Positions 38,180 to 43,388 of a DNA stretch of 43,388 nt are shown here, piece after piece. Source of the stretch: Tubiluchus corallicola. Lineage: Eukaryota > Animalia > Priapulida. How positions within the stretch are numbered: the stretch's first letter is position 1; each line of letters starts with the position of its first letter. The notes beneath the pieces were generated by a model, which saw only the letters and a program-made list of their open reading frames with translations, searched no databases and was not told where the DNA came from. The stretch is from contig JAQGDQ010001385.1 of the NCBI GenBank assembly GCA_030141605.1, forward strand, positions 1-43,388, written 5' to 3'. Position numbers and translations under genes: made by a program.

Positions 38180-38736
38180 TGCCAATTTGCACTTTACATG
38201 TTCCTGTTGTTACGTTCCAAATTTCAACAGCACCGAAATGTAATAATGACAAATGGCAAAGCAATTTCAAATGCTTTGATTAAAACAAAAGTACATTCAA
38301 GACTGAAACAATGAAAATATCACAGAAAAAGTTTCTAAATCACATTTTAGGTTCAATAATTTGCGCTTGTGTGGTCATTTCCCGACGGGATGGTAACATT
38401 ATTATTTTGTTTCGAGCTACAAATGGCTGTTTTGACTTGCTGTAAGACGAAACGATTATTGTAACTGGTACTGATATTTTATAAGTGAGATGTTGTAGCC
38501 AGGCAACAGCATGAGACTTCTCCAGTGAAGACTTAAATATGTTTGTTTTTGCTGCAGTCGTATAATAATAATTATCTTGATGTACATCTTCTGGTCTAAA
38601 ATTTTCAATATCTATAGGCAAGTACAAACGATTCTTTTTTAGAGGAAGTTGACCATTTGTGACATATTATCTAATGGTCTAATATTGACTAATATGTAAC
38701 CAATTCCGTTGTAAGTTATTGATGGAAAGAGAGACG

Positions 38737-39020
<284 letters not shown>

Positions 39021-39465
39021 AGCAAGGGAATAACGTGGCAAGAATAACATTAAACGAAATACAGAGGTAAAAACACCTGGAAATAAAAGAAGGAAAAGGA
39101 GAACAAGAAGAAAACTAATGACTAAGAGTGGCGGTCAACTTTACTATGGTTTGCGAGTTTACGCATTTACTGTGAAGGCTTCGGTTTTTTTGAAAATAAG
39201 ATAGTGCATTTCTGATATTTGACTTAGACTTTGTCAGAGACTTAGAATGCCCTTTAGGTTTCAAAAATTCTTTGTTTTTTTTTCTATTAGAAGCTGTTAT
39301 CCCTCACGGATTTCACAGGCTTTGCAGAGAGCAAAATTACAGGTATAACTACATATAATATGAAGATATACGGTGTCATTAAAATAAAAGATAATTCATA
39401 AAGAATTAAAAATCTGTATTAAAAATCTGAACTAAAAGAAACAACACATTTACTAATAAGTAAAT

Positions 39466-39515
<50 letters not shown>

Positions 39516-39521
39516 CAAGCA

Positions 39522-39591
<70 letters not shown>

Positions 39592-39594
39592 CAG

Positions 39595-39679
<85 letters not shown>

Positions 39680-39694
39680 CAAGCCAGTAAGTAA
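39466..39694. repeat. (AAGT)n/(AAGC)n microsatellite
   Basis: Directly visible tetranucleotide array with an internal AAGC block. Confidence 0.97.
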
Positions 39695-39815
39695 GAAAGA
39701 AAAGGTGTTTATTCTGATAAACTTGATTGAGATAAGCTCATTTGCAAATGGGTCCTGATTGGTGGTTACAGTAATTTAAAATTAAGAGAAGTAAATACAT
39801 GTAGGAACACACACA
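39695..39815 (-). mobile_element. 3' tail of the dispersed retroposon family
   Basis: Similar to 35311-35435. Minus-strand AATAAA runs into the (CTTA)n array. Confidence 0.6.
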
Positions 39816-41049
39816 AAATTTACAAACATACAAACATTGTGTGATTTAATACATAAAGAAAATGAGCAAAAACACAGAAAAAAAGAAAGCTAAGATTTAA
39901 CAAGTCCATTACCAGTTAAGAAAAAAATGAAAACCCGTTTTTTATTTGAATATTTAATAAATTAGTATGGCTGCGTTAATTAGTTTCATTAGTAACTCTA
40001 TCTAACCACAAATTATCCGAGGTGCTTGTGTTTTAGATTCCCTCTCAGCTGATTTTCGTCTTGCGAGTATTTTTCGCCTTCTCTTCTTTCACAGTGCCAC
40101 AAATTGATCGTGTAAGTAACTCGATGGAGCTGCAGACAAATTGCTGTCAGATTGAAAGCGCTTCCAAAAGCGATACTTGTTTTGCTTGGGGTTTGTGTGA
40201 ACATCTATAGTAGTTTGAAATTACTCGCCAAAGGTCATTCGAAGATGGTACGTGTGTAAAGTGTCGAAAAAATCACGGGAGTCGAAATTTATCGCTGAAT
40301 TTTTCCTGTGCTTAACGTACTCGTGCACACATGTTTTAATTGTTAAACTATAAATTCATTGGTGAAAAGTTAGCTAAAGCATTGCAGCTAATTAGACGGT
40401 AAATTGCTTGTGATTTTCATACTACAAAGACGAAAGTCATGATGTTTGAGCCCACCACCGTAGTATATTTAGCAGAAAGAAAAAAGCATAAAAAACACAA
40501 AAATCAATGTTTATTAATTTCATCAATTTTTTCCGTTTTGAACGTTTGACTGCCTTGATCAGTAGGGAATACGTTGGCCTAGTCGTGTAAATGGAAAGTC
40601 CCTATTTCAAGTTCGCGCTGCATTCCATGTTTTTCAGATTTCCTGTCTCTTAAGTTTGGTGTCAAAATTTAATTAATAGTAGATTTGTTTGATCATTAAT
40701 AATAAACTTGACATCAAGATTATACTATTTACTTTGATTTATATTAGCTGTTGTTTCATATTTTTTTTTATTTTTCTTAACGTGTCTAAGCTTTTTGCTT
40801 TTTGTTTCTTAGTTTTTTTGTTGTTGTAATCTTAGCTTCATTTTAGATTTTTAATGTTTGGATTTTCAAAGTAAATATTTCCATTATTGCTTTAATTTTC
40901 TTTTATATTTTGCTTTTTACTACACTAATTATATGATATTATTTTTCAATTGCTTGAATTTTTATTTCTCCATTTTTTTAACTTTACTAAGTTTTTGCTT
41001 ATTTTAAGTTCTTTTTGCGATTGTATTCTGGTATGATTTTTGTGTCTTT

Positions 41050-41165
41050 GCTTGTATTTACTTGTATTTGTCTTAACATTAAGTTACAGCAACCACCAAT
41101 CAGAAAATTGTTTTAAACGTGGTTTGCTCAATCAGGTTATCTGAATAAATCTCTTTTCTTATTTT
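41050..41165 (+). mobile_element. 3' tail of the dispersed retroposon family (opposite orientation)
   Basis: CAACCACCAATCAG...GCTCAATCAGGTTATCTGAATAAATCTCTTTTCTTA is the reverse complement of the 35311 and 39695 copies. Confidence 0.55.
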
Positions 41166-42189
41166 GTTTTATTATTAACTTGTACCAAACTTGTAAAATA
41201 ACGCAACATAAAATTTTAATTATAACAAAAAGCAACTCGGAAAGCAAAGACTCAGATTTGGTATTTGAGATGAACAAGGCTTCTTATACTTTCTCATTTT
41301 ATTGTACACATCATGCACCTACAAATTTGATTGAATGCGTCAATCAAAATAACATCATTAATTTAGTGATAACTTAAACTTGCGCACCAACCTTTTGTCT
41401 ACGACACGTTCCAGACAAACGCACAAAAGGACAAAAAATGGACACTCATTAACATTTAGCGACATAATTCTTTACGAATTGTAAATTTTCATTCCAGGCG
41501 TATAGGCGGTGTTGCGTCACGGTAATCTTCTTTTGTCATAAACCCGGTAATGGCGATTCCATGTATCAGTCTTTAGCCTTTAGCGGTTTATGCAATGTTT
41601 TATTGTACATATGTATGTATAAGGTATATGTGTTGTTGACTTAATCTTATAAACTTATTCCCATTGTCTGCATAGTGAGCCTTTTTACAGTTCAGCCAAC
41701 AGCGTTCGCATTGAGTGTTGACAAAAACCGACAAATTTTGCGATACAATTATGATCGTCCATTGCAACACATCGCAAACCTAGTGATGGTTTTAATAAAA
41801 GAAACAATAAACTATATACTGTGAAAAAGATTAAAAGAAAACCTAATCCTAAACTGTGGTCAAAACGTTGTTGTCGTCGTCATCATCTTTATTATCGTTG
41901 TCGCCGCCGTTGTTTTTATGTACCTTGCCGCTTTGATGTGGCGACAAAGCCGCCCTGTGTTTTTTGTTTCTTTTAACTGCCGCAGTTTTTCAAGTTTTAT
42001 GTACACAAACTTAAGTACAAGAGGTAACCTTTATTAATATGCTCACCTGAATACAAAGTATTTGATATATTGATTTTTAAGATTTTTGCCGATGATTTAT
42101 CATTTTTCATTATTCATTACTTTTATGCTCTTTCCTTTTTCGGTTTTTTTCTTTTAGTTTGCCGCTCCACATTTCTTCTTGATTTTTTA

Positions 42190-42659
<470 letters not shown>

Positions 42660-43318
42660 GTCTCTGTCACTGTGTTTTCTTTATTTAGAAGCACTAACAA
42701 TACGTCTGGGATGTTAGTGTGGAACGAACACAAGGAAAATTTTCTACACTATCAGTTTGTGCATTTGATCGTGCGTACGCACGCACGCTTTCACGCACAC
42801 CCGTTTACGCATTCACGCACGCGTACATGCTCAGGTAAACTTTCCACTTTCAGAATGTTGTAGGTGTAGCAGGAAGACAATAAATTATTCGATCATTAGA
42901 CCTGCTAGCAATAATATTTGCTTTGCTATTAGCAAAACTTCATTCGCAAAGACATAAAAGAGAAAGAAATATTACTTTGGTGCCCAGCGTGGTTGGGCAA
43001 TCATTGTGAATCACTGGGTGGATGTAGGCGGAGTCACGATATGGCTAATATGCTTGCCGATCATATAATAGTGCTGAAGCAGAATTCAATAACTTTGGCA
43101 GCACAATGTAATAAAAAAAATCATTACATTTAATTTCGTATGCTCAACAGACAGGCATATTTGTTTTATAATCAGCAGTTGCTTGTGTTTTGGAGACGCC
43201 AAATACAAAATACGAGAAAAACAAGCACAATGTACTTTTTGAACTGCTTTTGGAGAAGGAAGTGAGGGAGCAAAGATGCACGGCACTGGAATATTGAAAA
43301 TCTTGGAAAGAATGTGAG

Positions 43319-43321
<3 letters not shown>

Positions 43322-43388
<67 letters not shown>
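43322..43388. repeat. (AG)n microsatellite running off the window end
   Basis: Directly visible. Confidence 0.97.

Noticed and set aside
38340-38627. 95-aa minus-strand ORF
   Set aside because: Non-ATG start, no convincing splice signals and no recognisable domain.

Overview
Eukaryotic (metazoan, probably invertebrate) genomic DNA, AT-rich with GT-AG introns. (1) 1-7662 is a head-to-tail cluster of non-autonomous Helitron-like units with internal GGTGT minisatellites and hairpin+CTAG ends. It encloses a small gene (CDS 3424-3855) for a secreted, six-cysteine, probably membrane-tethered protein. (2) 13816-30688 (+) is a hand-assembled EMSY-like gene with 8 coding exons (about 1156 aa), an N-terminal ENT domain and a C-terminal bromodomain that vertebrate EMSY lacks. 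(3) A complete 2-exon ELOVL6-like fatty-acid elongase gene (20675-19243, -) is nested antisense in its second coding intron. The rest is decayed LINE, SINE, Penelope and MITE fragments plus long microsatellites. Exon boundaries were read by eye, and family assignments rest on recalled motifs, not database searches.
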